Of a DNA stretch of 64,000 bases, positions 19,077 to 27,947 are shown one piece after another. Source of the DNA: Patescibacteria group bacterium (lineage in GTDB: Bacteria > Patescibacteriota > Patescibacteriia > UBA9934 > GWF2-40-263); NCBI GenBank assembly GCA_004297215.1, contig SCUM01000001.1, positions 289,181 to 353,180 on the forward strand, given 5' to 3'. Within the stretch, counting starts at the first letter, position 1, and every line of letters starts with the position of its first letter. The translations under genes and the position numbers were made by a program. Below the pieces are notes generated by a model. It saw only the letters and a program-made list of their open reading frames with translations. It had not been told where the DNA came from and made no database searches.

Positions 19077-19517
19077 TTACTTTTTCTCAACCGCCACCGA
19101 CACTTCCGCCTCGAATCCGGCCGGGAGCGACACGGTCGCCCGCCCTTCGCCGACCTCTTTCATGGGCGCCATCCCGATCATGTCTTCTTCGACCTCGAAC
19201 CCGGCCTTGCGCAGCGCCTTCGTGACCGTCTTCGCGGTGACGGCGGCGTAGAGCGTGCCGTCGTCGTTCGCCTTCTCCTTGAGGGTCACGAGGAACCCGT
19301 CCAGCTTCTGGGCGAGCTTCGCCGCCGCGGCCGTCCCTTTCTTCGCCGCCCGCGTCTTGGCCGCCTCCTGCTCCTTGAGCCGCCGCAAGGCGTCGGCCGT
19401 GGCCTGGATGGCGGCATTCTGCGGGAACAGGAAGTTCATGGCGTACCCGTCGGAAACCTCCGCCACCGCCCCGACCTTGCCAAGCGTCTTCACGTCCTTC
19501 AAGAGGATGACCTTCAT
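19077..19517 (-). CDS. rplI: 50S ribosomal protein L9
   Basis: [28 protein letters not shown]; GTLYAAVT. Confidence 0.95.
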   Translation of the reverse strand: MKVILLKDVKTLGKVGAVAEVSDGYAMNFLFPQNAAIQATADALRRLKEQEAAKTRAAKKGTAAAAKLAQKLDGFLVTLKEKANDDGTLYAAVTAKTVTKALRKAGFEVEEDMIGMAPMKEVGEGRATVSLPAGFEAEVSVAVEKK

Positions 19518-19590
19518 ACTGCGGGCGAGTATAACACGCGACGGGTTGGGGGATGCAAGCGGAGAAACCTTGAGGCGCCCGCGCCATATC

Positions 19591-19619
19591 TTGACATCGT
19601 ACGAGCGGACACGTATCAT
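19591..19619 (+). promoter_or_regulatory. sigma70 promoter
   Basis: TTGACA-17-TATCAT upstream of an AGGAGG RBS. Confidence 0.7.
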
Positions 19620-19645
19620 CCCGGTTCATCGCTCCAGGAGGATCC

Positions 19646-19861
19646 GTGAAGCAGCCCGTCGCGTTCCATAAGAAAGCCATTTCCGCCGCCAAGACCACCG
19701 CCCAATTGACCCTCGTCGTGGGGGTCGCCGTCCCGGTCATCGCCGCGGCCGGCAGCCTCCTCGCCGCCGACCTTGCCTTCCACCACGCAAGCAAGGCGAT
19801 CAAGCGCCGACTCGCGGAGCGCCACAACGCCAGGCTCGACCGCCGCAGCATCCGCGGCTGA
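19646..19861 (+). CDS. Small membrane protein (71 aa)
   Basis: Own promoter, AGGAGG RBS, GTG start, one hydrophobic stretch, terminator at about 19916-19946. Confidence 0.6.
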   Translation: MKQPVAFHKKAISAAKTTAQLTLVVGVAVPVIAAAGSLLAADLAFHHASKAIKRRLAERHNARLDRRSIRG

Positions 19862-19979
19862 CCTTCCGCCGCAGCCCCATCAGGAACGAGCCCCTTCGGC
19901 GCGGATGCGCCAGGGCGACCCCGACGAACGGTCGGGGTCATTTTTTACTAAACCCAGCCAAATTATTGCAAACCATCCC

Positions 19980-20009
19980 TTGACAAAACCTCAAAAATAT
20001 GGTATAAAT
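19980..20009 (+). promoter_or_regulatory. sigma70 promoter (copy 1 of a duplicated promoter)
   Basis: TTGACA-17-TATAAAT with extended TG; 30/33 identical to 57798-57830. Confidence 0.8.
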
Positions 20010-20014
20010 ATCCA

Positions 20015-20145
20015 CGTGAAGTGATCGTTCCTTCCAAGCGGAGTTCGAAGACCGCTACAACCTTAAGGGGGAGAGTCTAAAGAATGCCCGTGGCTGTTGT
20101 TGTCGTGAGTCCCCCTCACACACGACGGCAGCCACGGGCCTTTTT
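20015..20145 (+). ncRNA. Putative structured leader / attenuator RNA (copy 1)
   Basis: AGCGG-AGTTCGAAGA-CCGCT hairpin, AGGGGGAGAGT box, long hairpin 20086-20139 followed by TTTTT. Confidence 0.5.
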
Positions 20146-20242
20146 CGTAAAAGGCTCTAACGCGAACCCGCCGACGTCGTCGGCGGTGAAAACAACGTCA
20201 GAAAAACAGGCCGGGTCCCTTGACCCGGCATTGAGGTGATTC

Positions 20243-21547
20243 TTGAAGAACCTGATCCTGATCGCGTCCATGCTTGCCTTCGCTGCCTGCGAGGGACGAA
20301 CGATTGAGACCCCGGCGACGACCGTCAACGCCACCTGCCCGGCCCTGCCGGAGCAGAACGACGACGCGCTCCTCGCCTGTCTCGAGACCATTAGCGAGAT
20401 GACGACCGCTGCGCAGGACGAGGAAAGCCTCGTCGCCTGCCTCGGGGACCTCGAGGCGGCGCTTGACCTCTGCGAAGAGGCTCCCGCGCCCGTCACGGTC
20501 GACGTGATCACGTGCCAGGCCAACAGCGCGGTCGTCGCGAGCGCAACCGATTGCCCTCGCGTCAACCTCGTCTGCGCGCCAGGCACCACGCCGTTTTCGA
20601 GTCCCGACACCGGCGAGTTCCGCTGCGATGAGCAGCATCTCACCATCGACATCGGGAACGGGACGCCGCAAGGCGACCTGGTGCTCCCTGGGACCGGCGT
20701 GGCCGACGTGGCGCACTTCCGCGTGACCAACCTCGGAACGGCGCCGGCTCCGCTCACGGGCGTCAAGCTCGAGAACGTAGCCCAGCAGCCGCTCGAGTCC
20801 GTCTACGTCGTCGACGTCATCCGTAACGGCGTCGGGACCTACGGGGTCTGCACCGGACGGATCGACCTGAATGACGGGAACGGCTGCCTGCGACCGCTCA
20901 CCGCGGTGACGGTCGGCACCAATGAGTCGGTCGACGTGGTGGTGCGGGTGGAGACGCCTGCAGCCGGCACGTGGCCCAACAACGACCGGTACGTGCAGAT
21001 GCGTCTCGTATCCGGCGAGCGTTCGGCCTACGGCAACTGGTTCCTGCTTGCAAACAGCAGGCTCACCGTGAGCAAGGCCAGCGGTTCCCCCTCGGGCGGC
21101 GCCGTTCCCGGGCTCATCGAAGTCGCGCAGATGAACTGGGCAGCGAACGCCCGCGGTGATATCTTCGGCCAACGCATGACGTTCGAGGTGGAAGCGACGG
21201 ACAACGCCGGCAGCGGCTGGATCGACGGCCTGATGAACCCTGCCAAGTGGCAGGTGTTCGACCGCGACGACTCTTCGGAGATGCTCGATACAAACGCCGG
21301 CTGGTCCTTCCAGAGCACGGTCGACGGGCTGGTCATCGCGTCGCTGGACTTCTACCAGAACGGCTCATTGGTCGTCGAACAAGGCAATACGAGGATGTTC
21401 GTCGTAAAAACGGATACGACGGGCGCCGGCGCGAACGACACGTTCAGGCTGACGCTCGTGGACGTCCAGTGGACCGACGGACATGTTTGGTCCGACGGCT
21501 TCTACGTGAACAACCTGCCGGTCGAGTTCGGACGGATCGACTTCTGA
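20243..21547 (+). CDS. Cys-rich lipoprotein, paralog A
   Basis: GAGGTG RBS, TTG start, lipobox FAAC followed by EGR; beta-rich C-terminal domain shared with 60250. Confidence 0.75.
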   Translation: MKNLILIASMLAFAACEGRTIETPATTVNATCPALPEQNDDALLACLETISEMTTAAQDEESLVACLGDLEAALDLCEEAPAPVTVDVITCQANSAVVASATDCPRVNLVCAPGTTPFSSPDTGEFRCDEQHLTIDIGNGTPQGDLVLPGTGVADVAHFRVTNLGTAPAPLTGVKLENVAQQPLESVYVVDVIRNGVGTYGVCTGRIDLNDGNGCLRPLTAVTVGTNESVDVVVRVETPAAGTWPNNDRYVQMRLVSGERSAYGNWFLLANSRLTVSKASGSPSGGAVPGLIEVAQMNWAANARGDIFGQRMTFEVEATDNAGSGWIDGLMNPAKWQVFDRDDSSEMLDTNAGWSFQSTVDGLVIASLDFYQNGSLVVEQGNTRMFVVKTDTTGAGANDTFRLTLVDVQWTDGHVWSDGFYVNNLPVEFGRIDF

Positions 21548-21713
21548 CAACCCTGCGTCCGGGGCGGTGGAATCGAGAGGGTCTCCTCTCTTCCCCGCCT
21601 CGGCGCGAACACGTTCTGAAGATTCTGCGATTGCGGTCATGCGACCTCAGCCGCGGACCTTTCAGGATAGATAACCAGTGCCGGACTTCGAGCCGGCCAG
21701 TATGGAGGACGCC

Positions 21714-22067
21714 ATGACGTGGAAGAAGTTCGAAGGGAACGTGGTCGGGACCAGGGTCGAAGGCGATCCGTCGGTGCCGCCCACCAGGTGGTACAACCAC
21801 CTGTGGCTGCTGATGTTCGGATGGAAGAAGGTCGCCGTGTTCATGGCGATGAACGCTTCCGCCCCCGCCCGCGTGGGCTTCCGTCCCTTCAGGGGCGACG
21901 CGATGCTCCGCGAGGAACCGCTCGATCGTGGGACCTTCCGGGTCCGGATCGGCCACGAGGCGTGCACCTTCTTCGTCGTCGGCGACGATGGCAAGGAGAT
22001 CCCGCTGGAGCTCCTGAAGGTAACGACCCGGGACGATCCGGGCTACGACAAAGTCCCGCTCCTCTGA
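21714..22067 (+). CDS. Hypothetical protein
   Basis: GGAGG RBS 5 nt before ATG; GC3-rich frame. Confidence 0.6.
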   Translation: MTWKKFEGNVVGTRVEGDPSVPPTRWYNHLWLLMFGWKKVAVFMAMNASAPARVGFRPFRGDAMLREEPLDRGTFRVRIGHEACTFFVVGDDGKEIPLELLKVTTRDDPGYDKVPLL

Positions 22068-22231
22068 GGGGCGAGACGCTACGACGAGGGCGGAGGCAGG
22101 GTTCACTCCTTGCTTCCGCCTCTCCCCCAAGCGGATGAGCGCCACGCGCGTTCGTCCGCCTAGGCCGAGAAACAACCAGAATCCCCTCTGGCAATCCCGC
22201 CGGAGGTGACAATTGAACATAGGAGATACGA

Positions 22232-23251
22232 GTGAAGAACATCATCGCCCTGTTCGCGATCATCCTGGTCGGTTCGGCATGCGAAGGTCGCGTCGAAGTC
22301 GAGAAGATCGTTACGGAAGAGGTCGTCGTCTGGATCTGCACATGCAGCGACGGCACCGACACCGACTGCGATGCCCCGACCTGCGAAGGCGAGGTGATTC
22401 GCGAGACGGTCTGCGAAGCCGACGGTGAGTTGGTCGACGACCAGAGCGAGTGCCCGGAGCCACCGACTCTCGAGTGCGCGCAGGACTCCGATTGCGGAGG
22501 CGTCGGGACCGGATGCAGCGAAACCAACTTCGTGACCACGAACGCCTTGTGCACGGCAGAAGGATTCTGCGACCGGTTCGTGACCGACGTCGATCCCGAG
22601 AGCGAAGCCTGCGGGTTCGTCGGCGAAGGTGAAGGAGAGGGGGAAGGCGAAGGCGAAATGGTCGCGGCACCGATTCTGGTGAGTGATGACTGGTCGACAA
22701 GATCAGGAGACGACACTGCCCTATTCAGGTTTCGTCTGACACCGCCGTCAGACCATGCGATTAGCCTGTACCGAATCGCGTTCCGTATCGATAATCCGTT
22801 TCCAACGGAGACGTTCTGGAACGGGTGCGACCAACTCGCAAACCGATCCCGCTGGAGCACGCATATCGGGCCTGTCCCAGTGGATGGGACCGGTTGGGTA
22901 GTAGGCCAAGATCCCGTTGGGTACTGGGAGTTCTACTATTCGGGCGGCGGCGACCTTGGGATCTGCACGGGGAATGCGCCGCTCCGGTACGCCGTACTGA
23001 CCCTTCCGCACGACTTCGGCATCCCTGGGCGCGACATCCCTCCTGGGATGGACTACGAGGAAACGGTCTACGTGGACCTGACGGGAATCGTCGGCGGCGA
23101 ATGGGTTCAGTTGGGTCTCCCGTCCGACAGTGAGCTTGCTTCGCTTGGGATTGCCACCATCGAGTGGTATGACCGAGAGACGGGAGCGTTGCACCGATCT
23201 GACGAAGAGGCCGAGGGTCTTCCGCTCATCGGGACAGTCACGACCTTCTGA
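22232..23251 (+). CDS. Cys-rich lipoprotein with (GE)6 linker, paralog B
   Basis: AGGAG RBS, GTG start, lipobox GSAC followed by EGR, many Cys, GEGEGEGEGEGE. Confidence 0.75.
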   Translation: MKNIIALFAIILVGSACEGRVEVEKIVTEEVVVWICTCSDGTDTDCDAPTCEGEVIRETVCEADGELVDDQSECPEPPTLECAQDSDCGGVGTGCSETNFVTTNALCTAEGFCDRFVTDVDPESEACGFVGEGEGEGEGEGEMVAAPILVSDDWSTRSGDDTALFRFRLTPPSDHAISLYRIAFRIDNPFPTETFWNGCDQLANRSRWSTHIGPVPVDGTGWVVGQDPVGYWEFYYSGGGDLGICTGNAPLRYAVLTLPHDFGIPGRDIPPGMDYEETVYVDLTGIVGGEWVQLGLPSDSELASLGIATIEWYDRETGALHRSDEEAEGLPLIGTVTTF

Positions 23252-23429
23252 CTCGCACGCGATCACGCCTACGACGCGCCCCATCCCACGGGGCGCGTTT
23301 TCTTTTTTTGCGGATGGCGTAAGATGGATGTGGATAAGCCGTAATCCCCCACGCTATGGCTACGCGCCGCAAGTAAGCGCTGGACGCCCTCGCTACGCCG
23401 AGGGCGTCTTTTTTTGGTATGATGGCGGC

Positions 23430-25622
23430 ATGAAGCTGTGGAGGATCCGCAAGGAGGAACGTCGGCCGGCCCTGCGGCTGTGGGCCGGGTTGTTCTTGTC
23501 GGCCTGCGCCAACCTGCTCGCCTGGAGCGTGCTCACCGCGGTCTTCCTCAAGACCTACGGGATCGGCTCGTTTCCGCTCGTGTTCCTGTTGAGCTCGGCC
23601 GCGTCCATGGTCGGCTCCGCGCTCTACGCCCGGCTTGCCGCGCGCGCAAGCGCGGGAGCGTCGGCGCGGATCTTCTCGCTTGCCGCGGCCGTGCTGCTCG
23701 CGCTTGCGGCCGCGCGCGCGGGCGAAGGCGGCTTAGCGTTCTTCGCGCTCCTCTTGTTGGGCAACTCGGCGTTCGTGTCGTTCGTGGGGTCGCAGCTCAT
23801 GGTGGTGGCCAACGACCGGTTCACCCCCTCCCAGGGCAAGCGCCTGTTCCCGCTCGTGAACACGGCGCACGTGGTGAGCGGGGTGACGGCCGGATTGTTC
23901 CTTGACCGGTTCGTCGGGACGCTTGGCATCGGCGGGATGCTCATGGCCGCCGCCGCGCTCGCGCTGCTCGCGCTCCCCTGCGCCGCGCGCACGCGCGCGG
24001 ACAAGCGCGAGGCGTCGCAACAGGGAGAGGTCGGGCTTTTCGCATACGTGCGCGGCAACCGCTACGTGCTAGTGCTCGCCGGGATCGTGGCGATCTCCTG
24101 GGTACTCACCCGCGCGTTCGACGTGGCGTTCGCGAGCGTGGCCGATGCGCGCTTCCCCACGGCCGAGGCGTACGTGCGCTTCAGCGGCCTCTACCTGGTG
24201 GTGACGAGCCTCTCCGCGGTGCTGTTCGACGCCCTGCTGCTCAACCGTTTGCTCGAGCGCATCGGGCTCACCCGCGGGATGGCGTTCGTGAGCAACGCGG
24301 TCACCGCGGGCGTGGCAGCGATGCTGATCGTCCCGACCTTCTGGCCCGTGATCGCGGCCAACGCCGTGAGGAGCGTGCTCATCGACCTGCAGGCCACGTC
24401 AATGCAGGTGATGCAGGGGGTGCTTCCCTCCGCGAGGCGCGCCGGGGTGAACGCCTTCCTCGAAGGGTATCTTGCCACGGCCGCGGGGGCGCTGGGCGCG
24501 CTCGCCATGCTCGCCTTCGACGCCCTCGTGCCAAGCGCGTTCGCGCCGTCGGACTCGATGCGCATCCTCGCCGCGCTCATGCTCCTCCTGCTCGCCGTGC
24601 GCGCCTGGTTGAACGCCCGGCTGCGCGCGCGGTTCTTTGAGACGCTGCACGCGCAGGTGAGGCAGGGCGACGACGACGCCCGGCTGCGGGCGCTCGAGAC
24701 CCTCGTCGAGCACAAGTTCTACCGCCAGGAAGGGATCGGACTGGTAATCGACGTGGCCAAGGACCCGCGCGCGAGCGTCGCGCTGAAAGAGACCGCGCTT
24801 TCGACCTTGGGCGCGGTCGCGGACCCATCGACCCTGCGCGTCCTCTACAACCTCCTCTCCGGCCGGGAGCGCGCGGTGCGCCTGGGAGCGGCCCGGGCGA
24901 TCGCCGCGTTCCCCGCGATACGGGATTCCTTCTTCGACGACGCCTTCTCCCGCCACCACGCGGTAGAGAAGCTCCGCGCGCTGTTCGCAGGCGAGCCGGA
25001 CCCGGAGGTGCGCGCCGTCGCGCTTGACGCGCTCGTAAAGCTCGAGGATCCCGACATCGTCCCCTTCCTCGCGAAGCTCCTGCGTGATGGCGATGCGCAG
25101 GCCAAGGCCGACTGCCTGTATTCCCTGCTGCGGTTCAACGACCCGGGCGTGATCGACGACGTGCGGCCGCTCTTGCGCGAGGGCGACCCGGCGCTGCGGG
25201 CGCTCGCCGTGCGCGTCATCTGGCCGTTTCCCTGGGAACGCAAGGCGCTCAAGGACGCGATCGCGGGCCTGTTCCCCGTCCTCAAGGAGGAAACGTTCCG
25301 ACGGCTCCCGGCGGCGCGCAAGGAGGCGTTCCGCCTCGGGACGAAATTGGCGGGCGACATCCGGCTCCAGGCGGAAACGAAACGGCTTCGCGCCCTCCTT
25401 GGCTGGACCGACCGCGCCATCCGGCTTGAAGCCGCCCTTTCCCTCTCGAAACTCGGGGAAAAGGACGGTCCGGAGGCGGTCCGGACCCTCCTTTCCGACA
25501 AGAAACGTCCGGAGCTCGACCGCGTGGATCACTCGCTGAAATGGGGCCGATATGAACCGGATGTGCGGCTGCGCCTCGTAGATACCCTCGAAGAAATGGC
25601 GGAAACCCCTCGGAAGGGTTGA
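23430..25622 (+). CDS. NTT/TLC-like MFS transporter fused to HEAT repeats
   Basis: About 12 hydrophobic helices, ANDRFTPSQGKRLFPL motif, then repeated DPEVRAVALDAL-type helices. Confidence 0.7.
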   Translation: MKLWRIRKEERRPALRLWAGLFLSACANLLAWSVLTAVFLKTYGIGSFPLVFLLSSAASMVGSALYARLAARASAGASARIFSLAAAVLLALAAARAGEGGLAFFALLLLGNSAFVSFVGSQLMVVANDRFTPSQGKRLFPLVNTAHVVSGVTAGLFLDRFVGTLGIGGMLMAAAALALLALPCAARTRADKREASQQGEVGLFAYVRGNRYVLVLAGIVAISWVLTRAFDVAFASVADARFPTAEAYVRFSGLYLVVTSLSAVLFDALLLNRLLERIGLTRGMAFVSNAVTAGVAAMLIVPTFWPVIAANAVRSVLIDLQATSMQVMQGVLPSARRAGVNAFLEGYLATAAGALGALAMLAFDALVPSAFAPSDSMRILAALMLLLLAVRAWLNARLRARFFETLHAQVRQGDDDARLRALETLVEHKFYRQEGIGLVIDVAKDPRASVALKETALSTLGAVADPSTLRVLYNLLSGRERAVRLGAARAIAAFPAIRDSFFDDAFSRHHAVEKLRALFAGEPDPEVRAVALDALVKLEDPDIVPFLAKLLRDGDAQAKADCLYSLLRFNDPGVIDDVRPLLREGDPALRALAVRVIWPFPWERKALKDAIAGLFPVLKEETFRRLPAARKEAFRLGTKLAGDIRLQAETKRLRALLGWTDRAIRLEAALSLSKLGEKDGPEAVRTLLSDKKRPELDRVDHSLKWGRYEPDVRLRLVDTLEEMAETPRKG

Positions 25623-25647
25623 CGCGGGCGAGATTTTCGGGTATGTT
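25619..25647 (+). promoter_or_regulatory. sigma70 promoter
   Basis: TTGACG-17-TATGTT. Confidence 0.55.
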
Positions 25648-25723
25648 GGGTGGTCATAGTCCTTTTGACATTTTCATAGCGAATTTTGGCTTTTTCCTGG
25701 CCCCAACAACGAAGGAGCGCGCC

Positions 25724-26608
25724 ATGACGCAGATGCACGAGAACAAGGACGCGTCCCAGGCGGACGCCCCTTCCGAGGCTACCGGTCAAAACGGGAACGA
25801 CAGCCTTGATGAGGTGGACGTTGAGGAAGCCGAAGCCGGGACACCGGCACCGACAGGTACGCAAGCGCCGGCGGACGCGGAGACGCCGGAAGCGAAAACG
25901 GTCACAGCGTCCCCGGCATCGCCGGGGGAGGATGTGTTCATGAGCCAGGACGAGCAGAAGGCGCCGCAGACGCAGGCGTCAGACGGCAATACCCCGTCGG
26001 GCGGAACGTCCGCGCTGGCGGATCTTCCGCGCGGCCAATCGGGCGTATTCCCCGCCCCGAACTTTCCGTCGCCGAACTCGCAGGCACCGGTTGGCGGCGA
26101 GAGCGCGATGGTGAGGCCCGCCACAGGCGCGGACGCGAAATCTCCGCCGTCCAATCGTGATGCGATCATCGCCTTCGCGGACCATCTGGTAAGGGTCGGC
26201 ATCGAAAAGACGGCGGGGGGGAATGTAACCACCTCGATCCAGTGCATCAAACTGATGCAACAGATCGAGGCGACCTACGCGGAGAAAAGGCGGCAACTGG
26301 CACAGGGGATTCTTCCGTCGATGAAGGCTGAGGCGGCAAAGCTCGCTCAAGAGATCGAACCAGAAAGGCGCGAACTCCTGCAGAGGAAAAAGGATCTCGA
26401 CAAGCTCCAGGGGGAGTACGACGCGCTCAGTCAGCTCTGGGCGAGCAAGAGGAAAAAGCTCGAGGAGCTCGAGGGGACGGTCAGGAGTTTCACGCATATG
26501 GCGCGGCAGAACCCCCAGGCGCCGTCCCCCGCTCCGGCGACGGCGCAAAAGGCGCTTCCTCCGGCAGCGACCGCCGCGACGCCGGACCCCGACAAGCCCA
26601 ACGGCTGA
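25724..26608 (+). CDS. Hypothetical protein, disordered N-terminus plus coiled coil
   Basis: AAGGAG RBS; acidic Pro/Ala-rich half, then a heptad-rich half. Confidence 0.65.
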   Translation: MTQMHENKDASQADAPSEATGQNGNDSLDEVDVEEAEAGTPAPTGTQAPADAETPEAKTVTASPASPGEDVFMSQDEQKAPQTQASDGNTPSGGTSALADLPRGQSGVFPAPNFPSPNSQAPVGGESAMVRPATGADAKSPPSNRDAIIAFADHLVRVGIEKTAGGNVTTSIQCIKLMQQIEATYAEKRRQLAQGILPSMKAEAAKLAQEIEPERRELLQRKKDLDKLQGEYDALSQLWASKRKKLEELEGTVRSFTHMARQNPQAPSPAPATAQKALPPAATAATPDPDKPNG

Positions 26609-26639
26609 TCGGCACGCCGCGCCGCGACCGACGAAAGAC

Positions 26640-26670
26640 AGGCCCCCGACACGACATCGGGGGCTTTTTC
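26640..26670 (+). terminator. Intrinsic terminator
   Basis: GGCCCCCGA-loop-TCGGGGGCT followed by a T run. Confidence 0.7.
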
Positions 26671-26674
26671 ATTC

Positions 26675-27913
26675 TCAACCCTCGTGGGACGCGTCGCGGA
26701 TGGGCGCGTCGGAACGCCGGAGCAGCATCCCCCACCCGAAGAGCGTCACCACGGCCGCGGCAATGAGCGGGGCGCGCGGGTCGAACCCGCTCAACACGCC
26801 CGCCACGGCCGGGGGAAGCGCCATGGCGAGCGCCTGCACCGACTGGCTGATCCCCATGATCTCCCCTTGCGACCGTGCCCCGACGAGCGCGGAAACCATC
26901 GCGGTGAGATTGGGAACGATGAGCCCCTCCGATACGGAAATGACCGGCAAGATGAGGAACAGCCAACCGAACGTAGGCGGGATGATCAGGCCCGCGAGCG
27001 CCACGGCAAGCAGGGGGCTGCAGGCGCGCAGCACCGCGGACGGGCTCGCGCGCGCGGAGACGAGCCGGGCGAGCGCTCCTTGGGTGAAGGCGATCCACAG
27101 CCCGACGTAGGCGAACACCTGGCCGATCTGCAGCGGAGTCGCCTGGAACCGGTCGATGAGGAACACCTGGAAGAAATTCGTGAAGCAGGTGAACCCGAAG
27201 GTGAGCAGGAACACCACCACGAACATCGACCGCAGTGATGGCTGGGTAAACGCCTTTCGCACGTTGCGCACGCCCGTGAGGAGGCTCGCCGGGTTGTGCA
27301 CGCGCTCGCGCAGCGTCTCTCGGAAAAACGCCAGCACGGCCATCAGGTTCACGAGGCCCAGGAGCCCGGCAAACCAGAACGGCGTGGCAATGGTAAACCA
27401 GGAAACGAGCGACGGATCCGCGAGCGAGCCGCCGAAAAACGGCCCGAGCACGAACCCGACGGCGAACGCCATCCCCACCAGGCCGAAGTTGTGCACCTTG
27501 GTGCGCGCGTCGCTCACGTCCGCAATCGCGGAGTACGCGATGGCGATGTTGCCGCCCGCGAGCCCGGCCACCACGCGGCTTACGGCCAGCAGCCAGAACT
27601 GCCCGCTCCCGACCCCGAAGGCGAACATCGCGTATCCCAACGTGTTCACGGCGATGGAAATGAGGAGCGGCCATTTTCGCCCGAACCGGTCGGACAGCGC
27701 CCCGAGGATGGGAGCCCCGAAGAACTGCGCGAGCGGATACAGCCCCATCACGACGCCCAAAAGCAGCGTGCGCGTGGCGTACGGCACCTCGGGGGAAAAC
27801 AGCGGCGAGGCAGGGTCCACGAACAGCGGCCCGAGCACGGGAATGACGATGCCGAACCCGAGCATGTCGAGGAACACGGTAAGGACGACGGGGAACAGTG
27901 ACGGATGCTTCAT
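26675..27913 (-). CDS. MFS drug/H+ antiporter (TetA-like, DHA1)
   Basis: DMLGFGIVIP, GALSDRFGRK, GFVLGPFFGG and RETL motifs; 12 TM. Confidence 0.9.
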   Translation of the reverse strand: MKHPSLFPVVLTVFLDMLGFGIVIPVLGPLFVDPASPLFSPEVPYATRTLLLGVVMGLYPLAQFFGAPILGALSDRFGRKWPLLISIAVNTLGYAMFAFGVGSGQFWLLAVSRVVAGLAGGNIAIAYSAIADVSDARTKVHNFGLVGMAFAVGFVLGPFFGGSLADPSLVSWFTIATPFWFAGLLGLVNLMAVLAFFRETLRERVHNPASLLTGVRNVRKAFTQPSLRSMFVVVFLLTFGFTCFTNFFQVFLIDRFQATPLQIGQVFAYVGLWIAFTQGALARLVSARASPSAVLRACSPLLAVALAGLIIPPTFGWLFLILPVISVSEGLIVPNLTAMVSALVGARSQGEIMGISQSVQALAMALPPAVAGVLSGFDPRAPLIAAAVVTLFGWGMLLRRSDAPIRDASHEG

Positions 27914-27947
27914 AGGCGTGTACGGTGAAGTATATCATTTCATGCCT

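Noticed and set aside
20036-20060. Fluoride riboswitch (GGAGTTCG resemblance)
   Set aside because: Lacks the preceding GAU and the downstream UAAUGAC-type segment; no fluoride-related gene follows
20243-23251. Diversity-generating retroelement targets
   Set aside because: No reverse transcriptase and no template/variable repeat pair differing at adenines seen in the window
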